A DNA stretch of 45,232 nucleotides from a virus. Taxonomy: Duplodnaviria; Caudoviricetes. Positions within the stretch are counted from its first letter, which is position 1, and every line of letters starts with the position of its first letter. Under the pieces are notes generated by a model, which saw only the letters and a program-made list of their open reading frames with translations, was not told the origin of the DNA and did not search any database. The position numbers and the translations under genes are program-made. Location: IMG/VR virus record IMGVR_UViG_3300049183_000031, positions 1-45,232 of that record, one strand, 5' to 3'. Positions 18,862-29,687 of this stretch are shown here, in pieces.

Positions 18862-19736
18862 TAGATCAGCTCCTCGTCGTAGGCGTCTTGGTGGGCGGGG
18901 TTCCGCCACGGCTGATAGCCACCGGACACGGCCCGTAAGTTCGGGGACTTGCTGGCGGCCGTCAAGATCCAGTTCCGCCAGGTGGCCGGCCAGTCCAACT
19001 TGGTGGCTCCTGAGCCAGCCTTGGCGGTCCAGTAGTTGACGAACTTCTCGGTCTCGAGTCGACCGTCCACGCTGGGCGCCCTGTCGCGAGCCCATGCCGC
19101 CATCTCGGAAGTGACGGCGAATCCGGGTGGGATGCGGGTGCCGCGCTTCGCTTGCGAACGTGGCCTACGAGAAGAACCATCTACGTTTGTTGATCTAGGG
19201 GTACCAACTGGAACTACCCCTTCCCCTTCCCCGTGGGCATTCGATTGCCGTTCGGGTGCCATCTGAATGCCGTTCGAATGCCGTTCGGGTGGGGTTCTAT
19301 CGGGAGTGGCTTCAAGTTCGGCCGCTACCTGGTCCGCCGCAGGATTCCCCAGTCGACGAAGTTCAACTGCCAGCGCCCGGCGGAGGGTGGGCGACTCCGT
19401 CTGCCTGGCCACCGTCAGCGCGTTCTTCAGCATGTAGGGGTGCTTGGCGATGCCGTCGCCGCGGATGAACGTCCGGACCAGAGCCTCTTCGGTGTGCTCG
19501 TCGACGAGCACGAAGCGTGCGACCACCAACTCGGATAGCGCCTCGCGGATGTCCTCAACCGTGGTCTTCTTCGACCCACGCGCCCACTTCGTGATGTGCA
19601 GAGGTAGCACGCCGGCGTTGTTGATGGTCTTCTGGGACAGCAGCAGGAAGTACAACCGCTGGGCGCCGGCGCCGAGGTCTTGGAAGTCCTCATCGCCCCA
19701 CACGCCCAGGTGGATTCGGGCATGCTCGCGGGCCAT
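18861..19736 (-). CDS. phage replication initiator
   Basis: MAREHARI...W.DEDF..L...AQRLY; C-terminal FVNYW...KLDWPATWRNWI; directly upstream of the loader region. Confidence 0.8.
   Translation of the reverse strand: MAREHARIHLGVWGDEDFQDLGAGAQRLYFLLLSQKTINNAGVLPLHITKWARGSKKTTVEDIREALSELVVARFVLVDEHTEEALVRTFIRGDGIAKHPYMLKNALTVARQTESPTLRRALAVELRRLGNPAADQVAAELEATPDRTPPERHSNGIQMAPERQSNAHGEGEGVVPVGTPRSTNVDGSSRRPRSQAKRGTRIPPGFAVTSEMAAWARDRAPSVDGRLETEKFVNYWTAKAGSGATKLDWPATWRNWILTAASKSPNLRAVSGGYQPWRNPAHQDAYDEELI
19236..19290. repeat. five tandem 11-bp iterons inside the initiator gene (putative origin)
   Basis: ggcattcgatt gccgttcgggt gccatctgaat gccgttcgaat gccgttcgggt. Confidence 0.7.
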
Positions 19737-20374
19737 CAGGAAGGCGCCCGTTCACGCGTCGCGTCAACCGCCAGCCCAAGAGCATGGCATTCAAGCTCAG
19801 CGTCGGTGAAGTCCAGGCCATTCGTCACGTACTCGTCCCGTGCCTGTTTGATCAGATCTGGGACGCGGCCCGGCACCAAGGTGCCCAACGCTCTATGCAC
19901 GGCATTGCTCGTCATCCAGGCAATCTCGGCCGCTTTCTCCACCGCCGTTGCGAATGCCTTCAGGTCATCCGGCCACGAATATGTCGTTGGAGTTCCATCG
20001 GACTCTTCGTCGTCCGCATGGTTCTCGTCGAAGGCTGCCGCTAGTACCGCCCTCGCCCCTTCAGATTCCAGCCCGGGGACTGCGCCGCAGAGTAGGTAGA
20101 CCGCCTCCCTGTACGGCCGGGATGACGACTGCCAGTCACGTTCGGCGTCGTTGACGTCCTTGACAAGGGCGTCGTCCGGAGGGGTCGACGACTTTCCGGC
20201 GTTGCAGTCGAAACACGCTGCCGCGAGGTTGTCCGGAGAATCGGACCCGCCGAGTGTCTTCGGTGTGATGTGATCGATGGTTAGCGGCACCTGCGGTGCC
20301 CGCGCGCCGCAGTACCGACAGGCGTGCCCATCCCGCCGCAGCACCTCGTAGCGGAGCCTCTTGGATATAGCCAC
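19736..20374 (-). CDS. HNH endonuclease domain protein
   Basis: RYEVLRRDGHACRYCG...IDHITP...NLAAACFDCNAGK. Confidence 0.9.
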   Translation of the reverse strand: MAISKRLRYEVLRRDGHACRYCGARAPQVPLTIDHITPKTLGGSDSPDNLAAACFDCNAGKSSTPPDDALVKDVNDAERDWQSSSRPYREAVYLLCGAVPGLESEGARAVLAAAFDENHADDEESDGTPTTYSWPDDLKAFATAVEKAAEIAWMTSNAVHRALGTLVPGRVPDLIKQARDEYVTNGLDFTDAELECHALGLAVDATRERAPS

Positions 20375-20697
20375 CTACGCGGCCCCCTCTACTGGTCGGT
20401 GCGCAGCCCGCGAACGCGAGTTCAGGGACAGCAGATACATGTGGATCTGGCCGACAATCCGAACCGCCTCTTCCGCCTGCTCTACCAGTTCGCCGGCCGG
20501 GTCGAAGTCGCCCAACAGCACGGCCTCGAGCACGGAACGCAGGGCGGTGTTGCGGTACCGCTGCTTGCCGGAGATGTGGGCGTTCACCGCGGCGGCCAGA
20601 GTCTCGAGGTAGCCCACCTCGGCCGGTGTCAGGTTGTGACGGTCGGCGTAGCGCTTGTCCGCTCGGGCCAGGACGCCGAGGACTTCGGAGGTGGCGG

Positions 20698-21450
20698 TCA
20701 TGACGCCACACCCCCGAACAGATCCGGCACCGACAGCCGCTCTGCGGCCTTCTCGCAGTACTCCTCGTTGGCCTCGATGACGACCGCCCGGCGGCCGAGT
20801 TGGCGAGCCGTCAGCCCGGTTGAACAGGACCCGCCGAACGGGTCGAGGACCAACCCGCCGGGAGGGACGGCGTACTCGATCAACGGGGCGAGGATGGCGG
20901 CCGGCTTCTCGGTCGGGTGGAGGCCACCGCGAATACTGCCGGCTCGGAGTACGGACCGGACCAGCCGCTTCCCGTCGTCCACGTAGTGCGTTGCGCCGAT
21001 CTTGCCGGTATGAGTCACCACCGCATGGCTGGCGCGGACGCTGCCGACACGGCCATTCCCCGGTTCGCGGCGCGGAGGTTCGTGTGCGTTAGCCCATGCG
21101 CCGCGGTAGAAGTACCCAGCTAGTTCATGGACGGTTCTGAAGAAGTCTGCTGCGAACCCAGTCCCGTTGTTCTTCTCCCACACGATGCTTCGCGGCTTGC
21201 GCCATTCGGAGAACTCCCCTGCATGATCCATGAACATGCCCAATGTGCCGAAGCACCACAGACGACTAGCACAGTCGGCCACCAGCGCCGGCCAGCCGTC
21301 TACCCACCGGTCCCACGCGAGCGACGTTTCACCGTAGGGCGGATCTGTCACGACCGCGTCTGCTGTGATACCCAGTGCGGGCAGCACCTCCCGCATATCC
21401 CCGAGATAGAGCTGGACGTGATTGTCTGCGTAGTAGGGGGCGGGGGTCAC
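20698..21450 (-). CDS. DNA N6-adenine/N4-cytosine methyltransferase (beta class)
   Basis: VTDPPY...HPTEKP...VLDPFGGS. Confidence 0.9.
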   Translation of the reverse strand: MTPAPYYADNHVQLYLGDMREVLPALGITADAVVTDPPYGETSLAWDRWVDGWPALVADCASRLWCFGTLGMFMDHAGEFSEWRKPRSIVWEKNNGTGFAADFFRTVHELAGYFYRGAWANAHEPPRREPGNGRVGSVRASHAVVTHTGKIGATHYVDDGKRLVRSVLRAGSIRGGLHPTEKPAAILAPLIEYAVPPGGLVLDPFGGSCSTGLTARQLGRRAVVIEANEEYCEKAAERLSVPDLFGGVAS

Positions 21451-22139
21451 AGCGTCTCACCCGCCGCTTCGTCAATCAGCTCGGCGACGTACGCGTCGAC
21501 CATCCGGTACCTACAGTCGCATGGTTCGCATCGCTGAATATCCGCCGATTCGACGACCGTCTCTCCGTGGCACTGACCGCAGGTCCATTCGGTGGCGGTG
21601 GTCATGGTGTGGAGTCACCGCCCTCAACCAAATTCGGGAAGTTGCGAGCGTCGTCACGTTCCAGCGCCGGAATGACTCGATCCGGAACCTGATGTCCGGC
21701 GGCGATGTGCTCGCGCAGGTGCGCCACCATCTCAGCAGTTGACCGGTACTCCCACTTGTCACCGGAAATGCAGCCGCAGCACTCCAAGTGGCCGTAGATG
21801 CTCTTGAAGACGTAGACCGAGCTGTCCTCGCCGAATCGCACGTAGCTCACTCCGGCTCACCGCCCTCAGCCCATGGGGTGCCCGCAGCGTTGGGATGCGC
21901 CAACTCCCACCGTTCCCAGCAGGAGTCACATGTGCCGTTGAAACACCCCCCGACGGGGACTTTCAAATGCTCGCCGCAGAACCAGCGCCCGCAGCCGTAC
22001 TCGTCCTCGAGGCCGGGGGTGTTCCCGCAGAGGTGAGCGAGCCCGCGGTCAACCTCGGCATCGCAGTCGCTGTGGTGGCACCTATCGTCGACGGCGTAGC
22101 CGGCCGGGCCAAGGGGGGTGTCGTAGTAGGCGTAGCCCA

Positions 22140-22826
22140 TCAGGACTCACCGCCGATCGGCTCCCCGGCCGGCGCTCCGCACTCAGGGCAGGTGTCCGCA
22201 CCGGATGGAGTCCACGTGGTCCCGCAGCCCGAGTTCGAGCAGTGACCACGGGCGGGCTCGTCCCGGTAGACCGGATCGCCCGGCTGCCATTCCGGCAGCG
22301 GAACAGCCCATGCAACCTGCTCATCGGTGCCGCACTCGATACAGCACGAGTCCGGGCCATGAGTGCACCGGAGCCCTGTCAATGTCGAAGTCGGCCACCC
22401 CCCCGGGTGGACTGAGGACACTGGGCGGGTGAAGCCGGGGTCGCGCCACCAGCGGTCAGCCTCCGCCGGGTCGCCGGGGTGGAGAATTTCGCTGAACGCT
22501 TCAACGGCGTCGGCCCACAGGTCCTTCTGCTCGGTCGTGAGCTGTCGGGTGACTTTGCGCCAGTCCACGTACAGCCAGATGGCGTGCAGCAGGTCGTAGT
22601 GGCGTTCAAGGTCCAGGTCGTGACCCAGGGCTTCGGCTGCCCAGGCTTGGCGAGAGGCCCTGTCCTTGGCCCACTCTCGATCGGCGCCTTGCCACGCCCG
22701 CTTCCATCGCTCAACTTCGGCCTCTGCAGTCTCGGCTCGGTGCAGGGCCTCGGCGTGGAGCCACCGCAACAGGTTCGTCTCGCCCAGAATCCGATCAGCG
22801 ATTTGTTGACCCACGTTCTCAGCCAT
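22140..22826 (-). CDS. hypothetical multi-module protein
   Basis: Coupled overlaps; C-terminal Zn ribbons. Confidence 0.65.
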   Translation of the reverse strand: MAENVGQQIADRILGETNLLRWLHAEALHRAETAEAEVERWKRAWQGADREWAKDRASRQAWAAEALGHDLDLERHYDLLHAIWLYVDWRKVTRQLTTEQKDLWADAVEAFSEILHPGDPAEADRWWRDPGFTRPVSSVHPGGWPTSTLTGLRCTHGPDSCCIECGTDEQVAWAVPLPEWQPGDPVYRDEPARGHCSNSGCGTTWTPSGADTCPECGAPAGEPIGGES

Positions 22827-23193
22827 CCCGCCCCTCCATCTGCGCTCTGCTCCTCGACCGCCACCACCGCAAGCACGTCCCGCAGATATCCCCGCCCTCA
22901 GGGTCAACTTGCCCGAGCCCTATTCGCGGCCACGGCTTCAGGCGTTGAAGGCCCGGGCAATCCCGATAGAGGTGGTCACCGGACATCCCGGGCCACCACG
23001 GGGCAACGAGGTCAGCCATCGTCGCCGCGCCTCTCTGCCCTGTCGGCCTGCTCCTGGTCGTTGAGCCACTTCGCGAACTGGCCGTCGTCACCCGGTCGCT
23101 TCGTCCGGTCGTCTGCCAAGCGGGTCCTGATGCGCCAGTACATCAAGCCGAGCAAGCCGAGGACGGCAGCAAGGGCGCCGATGAGCCAGGGAT

Positions 23194-23985
23194 TCACTGG
23201 GCCACCACCGGGTACTCGCGGATACGGAGATGCTCAGGCCAGAAGTCCCAGTCGCCGCCTTTGGGATCGACCAGCAATCCGGTGTCCCGCCGGGTCTGCT
23301 GGGCCCACACGGAGCCGAGCTGCTTGACGTGAACGGCAACGTTGGCGGCACAGCTACGGTCCACGATGGACGCGGCCCAGCGGATGTCCATCGGTCGGGC
23401 ATCTCCCCCGGACTCACCGCCAACGATCAACCAAGAGACGCCGTCAAGGTTGAGGTTCGGGAGGCCGGCCAGTAGTGGCTCACACGAGAGGAACCGGACC
23501 GCAGCCGGCACCCGCCGGAGCTCGTTGACCCGACCTAGCACTGCGGGGTCCTCGCTCTCGACTGACACGCCCATCCACACATTGCTCGGCCAGTCCAACT
23601 GGGGCGCCAGCCGACGCAGCCGGCGTGCTCGCTTGGTGAGGATTTGGTAAGTGTGCTGCGGGGTCGCGGCCATCACGGCGAACACCTGCTGGATGAAGTC
23701 CAGCGGCACCCTGGCGTGGAACAGGTCCGACATGGAGTTGACGAACACCATGCTCGGCTTCCGCCATCGGAACGGGTCGCTCAGTGTCCCGGGGTGGATG
23801 GCGAGACCGAAGCCCGGCCCGCTCGTGCGGGGGTCACCGTCCGTCTGATACTTGGCCGAGCCCATGCCCTTCAGCCGCTTCGACATGGCCAGCGCGTAAC
23901 AATTGTCACAGCCGGCGCTCACCTTGTCGCAGCCGGTGGACGGATTCCATGTGCGGTCTGTCCAGCTGATGTGCGTTTCAGCCAT
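23194..23985 (-). CDS. DUF5131 (phage Gp37/Gp68) radical-SAM-like protein
   Basis: TWNPSTGCDKVSAGCDNCYA, FVNSMSDLFH, LTKR, RFLSCEPLL, IVGGESG. Confidence 0.92.
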   Translation of the reverse strand: MAETHISWTDRTWNPSTGCDKVSAGCDNCYALAMSKRLKGMGSAKYQTDGDPRTSGPGFGLAIHPGTLSDPFRWRKPSMVFVNSMSDLFHARVPLDFIQQVFAVMAATPQHTYQILTKRARRLRRLAPQLDWPSNVWMGVSVESEDPAVLGRVNELRRVPAAVRFLSCEPLLAGLPNLNLDGVSWLIVGGESGGDARPMDIRWAASIVDRSCAANVAVHVKQLGSVWAQQTRRDTGLLVDPKGGDWDFWPEHLRIREYPVVAQ

Positions 23986-24549
23986 CGGACTCCTCCTCCT
24001 GAATGGACACCCCGATGTGCCGCAGGAACGGGATCAGTGCGTCCGCCATCGAGTCGGCGTCGATGTGGACCACGCCGTTTCCGTCCGGCTTGACGTGCGG
24101 GACTTCGAGCCGGCACAAGTGGTCCACGAGCGCGCCGCGGGTCATGACCACGCCGCCACTCGTGCCGGCCCAGTCGAGCGAGTAGCCACAACCCGGCACC
24201 GCAGGAGCCCAGTCGCCGGGGCCGTGCACCGTGACGTGCTTGGGGTTGCCGTCCCGATCCGCGCGGACGTGGATGGTTACCCCTCCGACATCGCCCCACC
24301 AATAGCCGGTGTCCATCTGCTCGATGTGCAGCCACTTTCCGACCACAATCTCATCGAACTCGGTATCGGGGATCTCGGTGTAGCGCGCCCAGTAGGTCAC
24401 ACCATCAACTTCGACCGAACGGTCCGCGCCGGAGCCCCCGCCGAACGTCTTGTCGGACGCGACATGGAACGAGCTACCCGAGGCACCATAAGGGAGGGAC
24501 TGGTGGACGAGGATGCGCCACGGGCTGCCGGCGCGGCGAAGTCGGCGGG

Positions 24550-25038
24550 TCACTGGCCATCACCACCAGCGGGCACGCCGCGGGCGATCTCCAGCAGCAC
24601 ATCGGCGTGGCAAGGAACCGTGCGCCCTTCGCCGTCATCAAGCGGGCACCAGCACGCCAGATCCCAGCCGGCCAAGTCGCGCCGCACATCCTCAACGGTC
24701 AGCCACGGAAGGCCAAGCCCAACGTGGATGTGGATGCGCGGGTCGGGGGTGACAAGTGCCCGGCGGTACATTTCGACGCATTCAGCGCGGGTCATGTAGC
24801 GGATGGTGTGGCGGGTCCAGGTGCCGTCAGGGTGGTAGACGTCGTGGCCAGTGCCGGCGGCGCTGATGCGACCCTCGTACTCCCAAGGCGACCCGTCAAT
24901 GGCGGGAACCCGGGCGAGACCCCGCGTGGTGCGGTAGCCGAACGGGTTGCCCCACTTCGTGGGCCGACCGACGTAGGCCGCGCCGGTCGGCATCCGCCAG
25001 CCCTTGACTCGTTGGCGTTGGATTCGCTGGGTGCTCAT
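24550..25038 (-). CDS. DUF4326 protein
   Basis: YVGRPTKWGNPF...LACWCP...CHADVLLEIA. Confidence 0.88.
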   Translation of the reverse strand: MSTQRIQRQRVKGWRMPTGAAYVGRPTKWGNPFGYRTTRGLARVPAIDGSPWEYEGRISAAGTGHDVYHPDGTWTRHTIRYMTRAECVEMYRRALVTPDPRIHIHVGLGLPWLTVEDVRRDLAGWDLACWCPLDDGEGRTVPCHADVLLEIARGVPAGGDGQ

Positions 25039-25520
25039 GCCGCTCCTGCCCACTCCCTGATCTCCTGTTCTCCCAACACGGCAAAGCGACCATCCGGCCG
25101 CAGCCACACCCACACCCCACGGCGCAGGACCGGCGTCAACTCCCAGGCCGGTGTCTCCCCCTTGCGCCAGCGCAACTTCGCCGTGCCCCCGCCGGACCTC
25201 ACCAACCAGCCCTCCCGGTAGTACTCGGCACGGGTGTCGGAGATGACCTCATGGCACGGACGGCACGCGGCTATGAGATTCCCGACCTCCCACGGCCCAC
25301 CTTGGGATTGCTTCAGTCGGTGGTGAGGATCGAGCTTCACTTCAGACAACTCGGCACAGCCCGGCAGTCCGACCTCGCACACAATGAACCCGTGGGGGAT
25401 GCAGGCCCGGCCCCACAGCAGAATCAGCGCCGCTTCCTTCGCCGCCTGCTCGTCGCGGGGCAGCGGCTTGCGGGTGCGTAGCCGCTTGGTGGACCGCTTC
25501 AACGATGTACGGCGGATCAC
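25035..25520 (-). CDS. HNH endonuclease
   Basis: CE...C...DPHHR...SQGG....NLIAACRPCH. Confidence 0.8.
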   Translation of the reverse strand: MIRRTSLKRSTKRLRTRKPLPRDEQAAKEAALILLWGRACIPHGFIVCEVGLPGCAELSEVKLDPHHRLKQSQGGPWEVGNLIAACRPCHEVISDTRAEYYREGWLVRSGGGTAKLRWRKGETPAWELTPVLRRGVWVWLRPDGRFAVLGEQEIREWAGAA

Positions 25521-25845
25521 GGCGCGTCCGATTCGATAGCACGGGCATCGAGAACAATCCGCTGTCCAGCGAAGGCCAGTAGGTTCGTCAATGCGACCGT
25601 CGCGGCGCCAGCGGGGTCAGACTGATCTGTCAAACCATCAGCCTCGGCCATGCCACCGATGGCGGCAGAAGCATGGACCAGCGCCAATCCGACAGTCTCC
25701 AGCGCCTCCTGGCCGAAGTAGCCCGACAGGTACGCAGCGAGGTGATCCGCGAGTCGTGCAGTCTGCCTCGATCCGAGGTCCCTGCGTTGCCGCGACCGGG
25801 CGATCTCTTTCAGTGCGTACTCGGCGTCATAGGTGTGGGTATCGG

Positions 25846-26313
25846 TCACGGCACACTCCCCTTGTCCACGTTGTGCATCTCCACCCCAGCAACACCCTGG
25901 CGGTAGACCAAGGTGGGGATGCCGGCGTCGATGGCCAACCCAGCGCAATGAGAGGCGCCCTGGGTCTTGGACTTCGGGTCAACGAAGACAAGGACGAGAT
26001 CCGGTGCCGATTCCACCATCGCTGCGTTGCGGCGCATGCCCGCACCAGGGCAGTACTCCTGGCCGGCGCGGTTCACCTTCCGGTGGGTGGCGTGCGGGCA
26101 GTCCCAACTGCATTCGGCCCACTTCGCCGGCCACGGCTCGACTTCACCGCCGAGCTGGCGCCATAGGTAGGCCGCGTGGCGGTCTCCCTTGGGCGCGTCG
26201 CCGTGGACCAGAACCGCGCCAGGGCGTTCCGTGTAGGCGTCCGTCAGGACGGTGCGCATCGTAGGCACTTCCGACCAACTGCGGGAGACGGTCACCAAGA
26301 TCCGGGGGCTCAC
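25846..26313 (-). CDS. SLOG/DUF2493 (YspA-like) protein, copy A
   Basis: RILVTVSR...LVHGDAPKGD...AGMRRNAAMV...GASHC. Confidence 0.85.
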   Translation of the reverse strand: MSPRILVTVSRSWSEVPTMRTVLTDAYTERPGAVLVHGDAPKGDRHAAYLWRQLGGEVEPWPAKWAECSWDCPHATHRKVNRAGQEYCPGAGMRRNAAMVESAPDLVLVFVDPKSKTQGASHCAGLAIDAGIPTLVYRQGVAGVEMHNVDKGSVP

Positions 26314-26654
26314 GCCGCATCACCTGAGCGGCAGCCGTAGGGGGAGCAGCCCTGCACCTCTTGTTCACCGACGACGATCAAGTTCAGCAGGTCACCTTGC
26401 GCGGCGCCGTTCTCCTTGCGCGTCAGCCGGTCGATGGGCGCCATCCGGAGCGGCATGCACGACTCGTGCAGGTAGCGCCGCCCCTTGAGGCCAGGCGCAT
26501 GCCGGAAAGCGTCGTCGAAGTCGCACGCGTCGGCCCACTCGTCCGGACGGTTGTCACGCATGTCGCGCCAGAAGGCGTTGCGGTGGTACGGGCAGCCGAC
26601 GCAAGCAGACTTCGCCACCGTCCAACCGACGGTGATCTCGCGGGCCTTGGTCAT
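26310..26654 (-). pseudogene. C-terminal fragment of a PAPS-reductase-like protein
   Basis: KSACVGCPYH...W...PDEW..A..FD...YLH.SC.PL...GCSPYGC; no N-terminal SGG motif. Confidence 0.55.
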
Positions 26655-26877
26655 GCGGCCACCTCACTTGGCTTACGACTGTCCGCCAGGAACCGCTTCA
26701 ACGTCGGCCGCGGGTGGCTCTCCAGGTACAGCGCCATCTCCGCCGCGTAGCCCCCAGTGACCCGCTCAGCGTCCCGGTTCCACATCTCCACCATGAGGCG
26801 GTAGGTGTGGACGAGGTCGGCGTGCTCAACGGAGCAGGGATGCCGACGGCAGGGGGAGCGGTTCGGTTCGAGGTTGG

Positions 26878-27660
26878 TCACGAGTCGCCCGCCTGTGCCG
26901 CCGGGGCGATCTCAGCCTGGAGTTCGGCAGCGAGCGCCGCCAGTTCCTTACCTTGCCGCGAAACCTGGCCGGCCAACCGCTTCAAGCCGTCGACGGCCCA
27001 CTCCGGGTCGTGCGACCACTTCTGCACGATGGCTACGGCGCGGCCCAGTTCCCCGCCATGCCAGCCCTTGACCGCGATCCCCGACGACTGTTCGAACTCC
27101 TGCACGGTTTGACGAAGCGAGTCCAGTTGATCTTTGGCCCAGTCCCTGCCGCCCGCGGCCTCCGCCTTCCGTTTACCGTCCTCATATCCTCGGTCGTAGC
27201 CGCGCTGCTCGGCACGGCCCAAGGCATTGAATCCGGCATCGGCAGAGGCCCGCATTGTGCCGATACAGCTCGGCCAAGGAAGGGGTTCGGCGCCGTGCTT
27301 GGGTGCTTTGACCGCAACAACCGCGGCCTCGTCGCTGCATGCGATCAGCCCCCAGGTGGAAGGCAGTTCGCCCTTCACTCTCTCGGCTAGCGCGGCAGGG
27401 ACCGCGACCCAGAACCGGTGGGTGTGGCGCCACCACCAGTCGGCCTTGGCGGCGTTCCCGAGTTCCCGCTTCCAGTCCGACGCGGAAACCTTGACCTCCA
27501 CCGCGTCCAGCTCGAAGCCACGCGATTGCCACAGGGACACCACGAGGAGATCGATCTTCCTGCCCATGCGGGTCGCGTCCTGCGGCGCCTCGCGGACCTT
27601 CAGGTACTCGGTGTCGGGCCACCGCCGATCGAGGGCGCGCAACACATCCGCGGCGTCCAT
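26878..27660 (-). CDS. MmcB-like PD-(D/E)XK nuclease-fold protein
   Basis: RKID...EVKVSASDWKREL...K...FWVAVP...ELPSTWGLI. Confidence 0.75.
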   Translation of the reverse strand: MDAADVLRALDRRWPDTEYLKVREAPQDATRMGRKIDLLVVSLWQSRGFELDAVEVKVSASDWKRELGNAAKADWWWRHTHRFWVAVPAALAERVKGELPSTWGLIACSDEAAVVAVKAPKHGAEPLPWPSCIGTMRASADAGFNALGRAEQRGYDRGYEDGKRKAEAAGGRDWAKDQLDSLRQTVQEFEQSSGIAVKGWHGGELGRAVAIVQKWSHDPEWAVDGLKRLAGQVSRQGKELAALAAELQAEIAPAAQAGDS

Positions 27661-28025
27661 CAGTCCTCCCGCTGCTCATAGCGGACTACCGGGATTCCGG
27701 CGTCCTCGGCAAGTTGTGCGCAGTGAGAGGCACCCTTGCTGTTGCCGGCAATGAACGCCAAGACGAGAGCCGGCGCGGACTTCACCATCGCCGTGTTGCG
27801 GATGAACCCCGCCGCCTTACCCTGCTGCGCCCACTGCGCCGGCCACGCCTCAACTTCCCCGCCGAGCCCACGCCACATCCCCGCGGCGTCCCGGTCACCC
27901 TTCGGACAGTCGCCGTGCACCAGCACTGCGTCTGGGTACTCGGCGTACACCTTCTCTAGGGCGGTGCGTATGGTGGGCCACTCGTTGTATGAGCGGGAGA
28001 CTGTGACGAGGATGCGGGGACTCAC
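27660..28025 (-). CDS. SLOG/DUF2493 protein, copy B
   Basis: RILVTVSR...LVHGDCPKGD...GKAAGFIRNTAMV. Confidence 0.85.
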   Translation of the reverse strand: MSPRILVTVSRSYNEWPTIRTALEKVYAEYPDAVLVHGDCPKGDRDAAGMWRGLGGEVEAWPAQWAQQGKAAGFIRNTAMVKSAPALVLAFIAGNSKGASHCAQLAEDAGIPVVRYEQRED

Positions 28026-28471
28026 GATGCTTCCCATAGGGTGCGCGGCATCCGATCGACACCATGGTCTTCACGTGGACGGCTCGGGCATGTCCAGCCA
28101 GGGCGGGGCGGACGTTCGGCCACAACGCGCCAACCGGCAGCACGAAGTGAACTACCGCTCTCATCGGCCTGTGTGTAGGTGATCAATCGTCGGTAGCCAA
28201 GGGCGAAGCATGCTCGACGAGCTGCGCCGTACAGCATCGAGTTGGCGTTCGGCGTGCCGTCCGTCGCCGTCCGGCTGACTTCCAGTGTCATCCCGTCGTC
28301 GAGCAACCGGGCCACGGGGCGACCAACGATCAATACCCCCCGCAGGACCGTGTCCTGATCGGACACGCCAACACAGAACTTGCATCCAACCGGCGGCTGA
28401 TGATGCCGATGGTGCATGGCCACGAAGCCGCAGGCATTCCGGAACGAGATGGGCACAAGATGTAGACTCAC
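28022..28471 (-). CDS. XF1762-family (Mom/GNAT-like) protein
   Basis: HHRHH...GRPVAR.LDDG.TLEV.R.ATDG..NA.S.LYGA..RA...LGY...ITYT...ESG.SLRAAGW. Confidence 0.85.
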   Translation of the reverse strand: MSLHLVPISFRNACGFVAMHHRHHQPPVGCKFCVGVSDQDTVLRGVLIVGRPVARLLDDGMTLEVSRTATDGTPNANSMLYGAARRACFALGYRRLITYTQADESGSSLRAAGWRVVAERPPRPGWTCPSRPREDHGVDRMPRTLWEAS

Positions 28472-28658
28472 TCGCCCTCCCCATCCAGCCACGGCCCCAG
28501 CCAGTACCGCCACCGCTCCACGACGCGGGGATCAGCAGTGCACAGTGGACACCGCACGAGGGTGCTCGACCCGAACCCCAGCGGGATCAGACGGAACATG
28601 GCGTCGTCGTTGTCGGCGCACACGGCGCAGGGAACGGAGGGGACGGGAGCGAAGGCGG

Positions 28659-29687
28659 TCATGATGCCTCCGTAGACTCGGCAGCCTCTGCCTTCGCTTG
28701 ACGCATCTCCTTCTCCTGCGCCAACTCCAAGGCGTACTCGTCCAACTGCTCCGGTGTTGCCTTGCCGATCGGGTGGTCGTGGAGCTTGGCGTAGTCGGCC
28801 TTCAGCGCCTCGCTGTCCATGCCGAGTTCCTGCGCCAGCTCCCACACCTTCGTCTTGGCGTCGTCGAGCCGCTCGACGCCGTCACGTCCGTCTAACGCCT
28901 TCGCGTCACGGGCATGCGCCTTGGTCGGGTCGCACTTGAGGAGGTCGAAGACGAGCCGCTCCAACGTGAAGCTGGGCAGGCTGCGGGTGTTGTCCTTGCC
29001 GGGCACGATCCCGGTGTGCACGGAACGGGCGCCGATCAGTTCGGCCGGCTGGTCGCGGTACAGCCGCACCCACACCGACACGTCGTAACCGAGACCCTTC
29101 TGACCTTCCACGCGGTAGGTCTTCCGGCCCTGGACCGGGTTGCCGTCCTTGCCCATCTCGGCAACCTCTTTGCCGCGAGCGGTCAACACCACAATCCCGG
29201 GGAAGGTGAGCAGCTTGCCCATCAACTGTCGGTGCCGGGCGGTTGCCGCGTTCCAGTAGGTGGTCCCGATGTTGATGTCCGCGTTCGGGTCTGACTCCAG
29301 CAGCTTCCGGTTCGACTTCGACCGCCGGGCGCGGTCCTCGGCGTAGCGGGACAGCATCTCCCACTCCAGTGTCATCGAATCTATGCCCAGCACTACGGGC
29401 TTCTGCTTCTTGTCCAACGCATCCTGAGCGACGGCACGGATATCGTCGACCTGCTCCAGGATGTCCGACCACGTGCCGTCGTGATCCACGATCTCGTAGT
29501 CCGCTCCAGGCACCGCACCGTATTCGTCGGCAGCCCCTTCGGCCAAGTCGAGCCAGTACGTCTGGCCGACCTTCTTGGACGCCGAGAGTTCCGCGATGGC
29601 CCAGGACTTCCCCGATTTCTCCTGGCCCTCCAGCAAGATGCAGGGCCACGGCACCGCGCCAGTAGGCCGGCGGGTTTTGAGCGTCAC
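28659..29687 (-). CDS. AAA-family ATPase (Sak4-like recombination protein)
   Basis: EGQEKSGKS Walker A, LGIDSMT Walker B. Confidence 0.75.
   Translation of the reverse strand: MTLKTRRPTGAVPWPCILLEGQEKSGKSWAIAELSASKKVGQTYWLDLAEGAADEYGAVPGADYEIVDHDGTWSDILEQVDDIRAVAQDALDKKQKPVVLGIDSMTLEWEMLSRYAEDRARRSKSNRKLLESDPNADINIGTTYWNAATARHRQLMGKLLTFPGIVVLTARGKEVAEMGKDGNPVQGRKTYRVEGQKGLGYDVSVWVRLYRDQPAELIGARSVHTGIVPGKDNTRSLPSFTLERLVFDLLKCDPTKAHARDAKALDGRDGVERLDDAKTKVWELAQELGMDSEALKADYAKLHDHPIGKATPEQLDEYALELAQEKEMRQAKAEAAESTEAS

Noticed and set aside
21615-21868. TCACCGCCCTCA 12-bp pair and the many GGAGGCATC(A/G)TGA junctions
   Set aside because: Short enough to arise from RBS plus stop/start constraints alone; not counted as strong cassette evidence.
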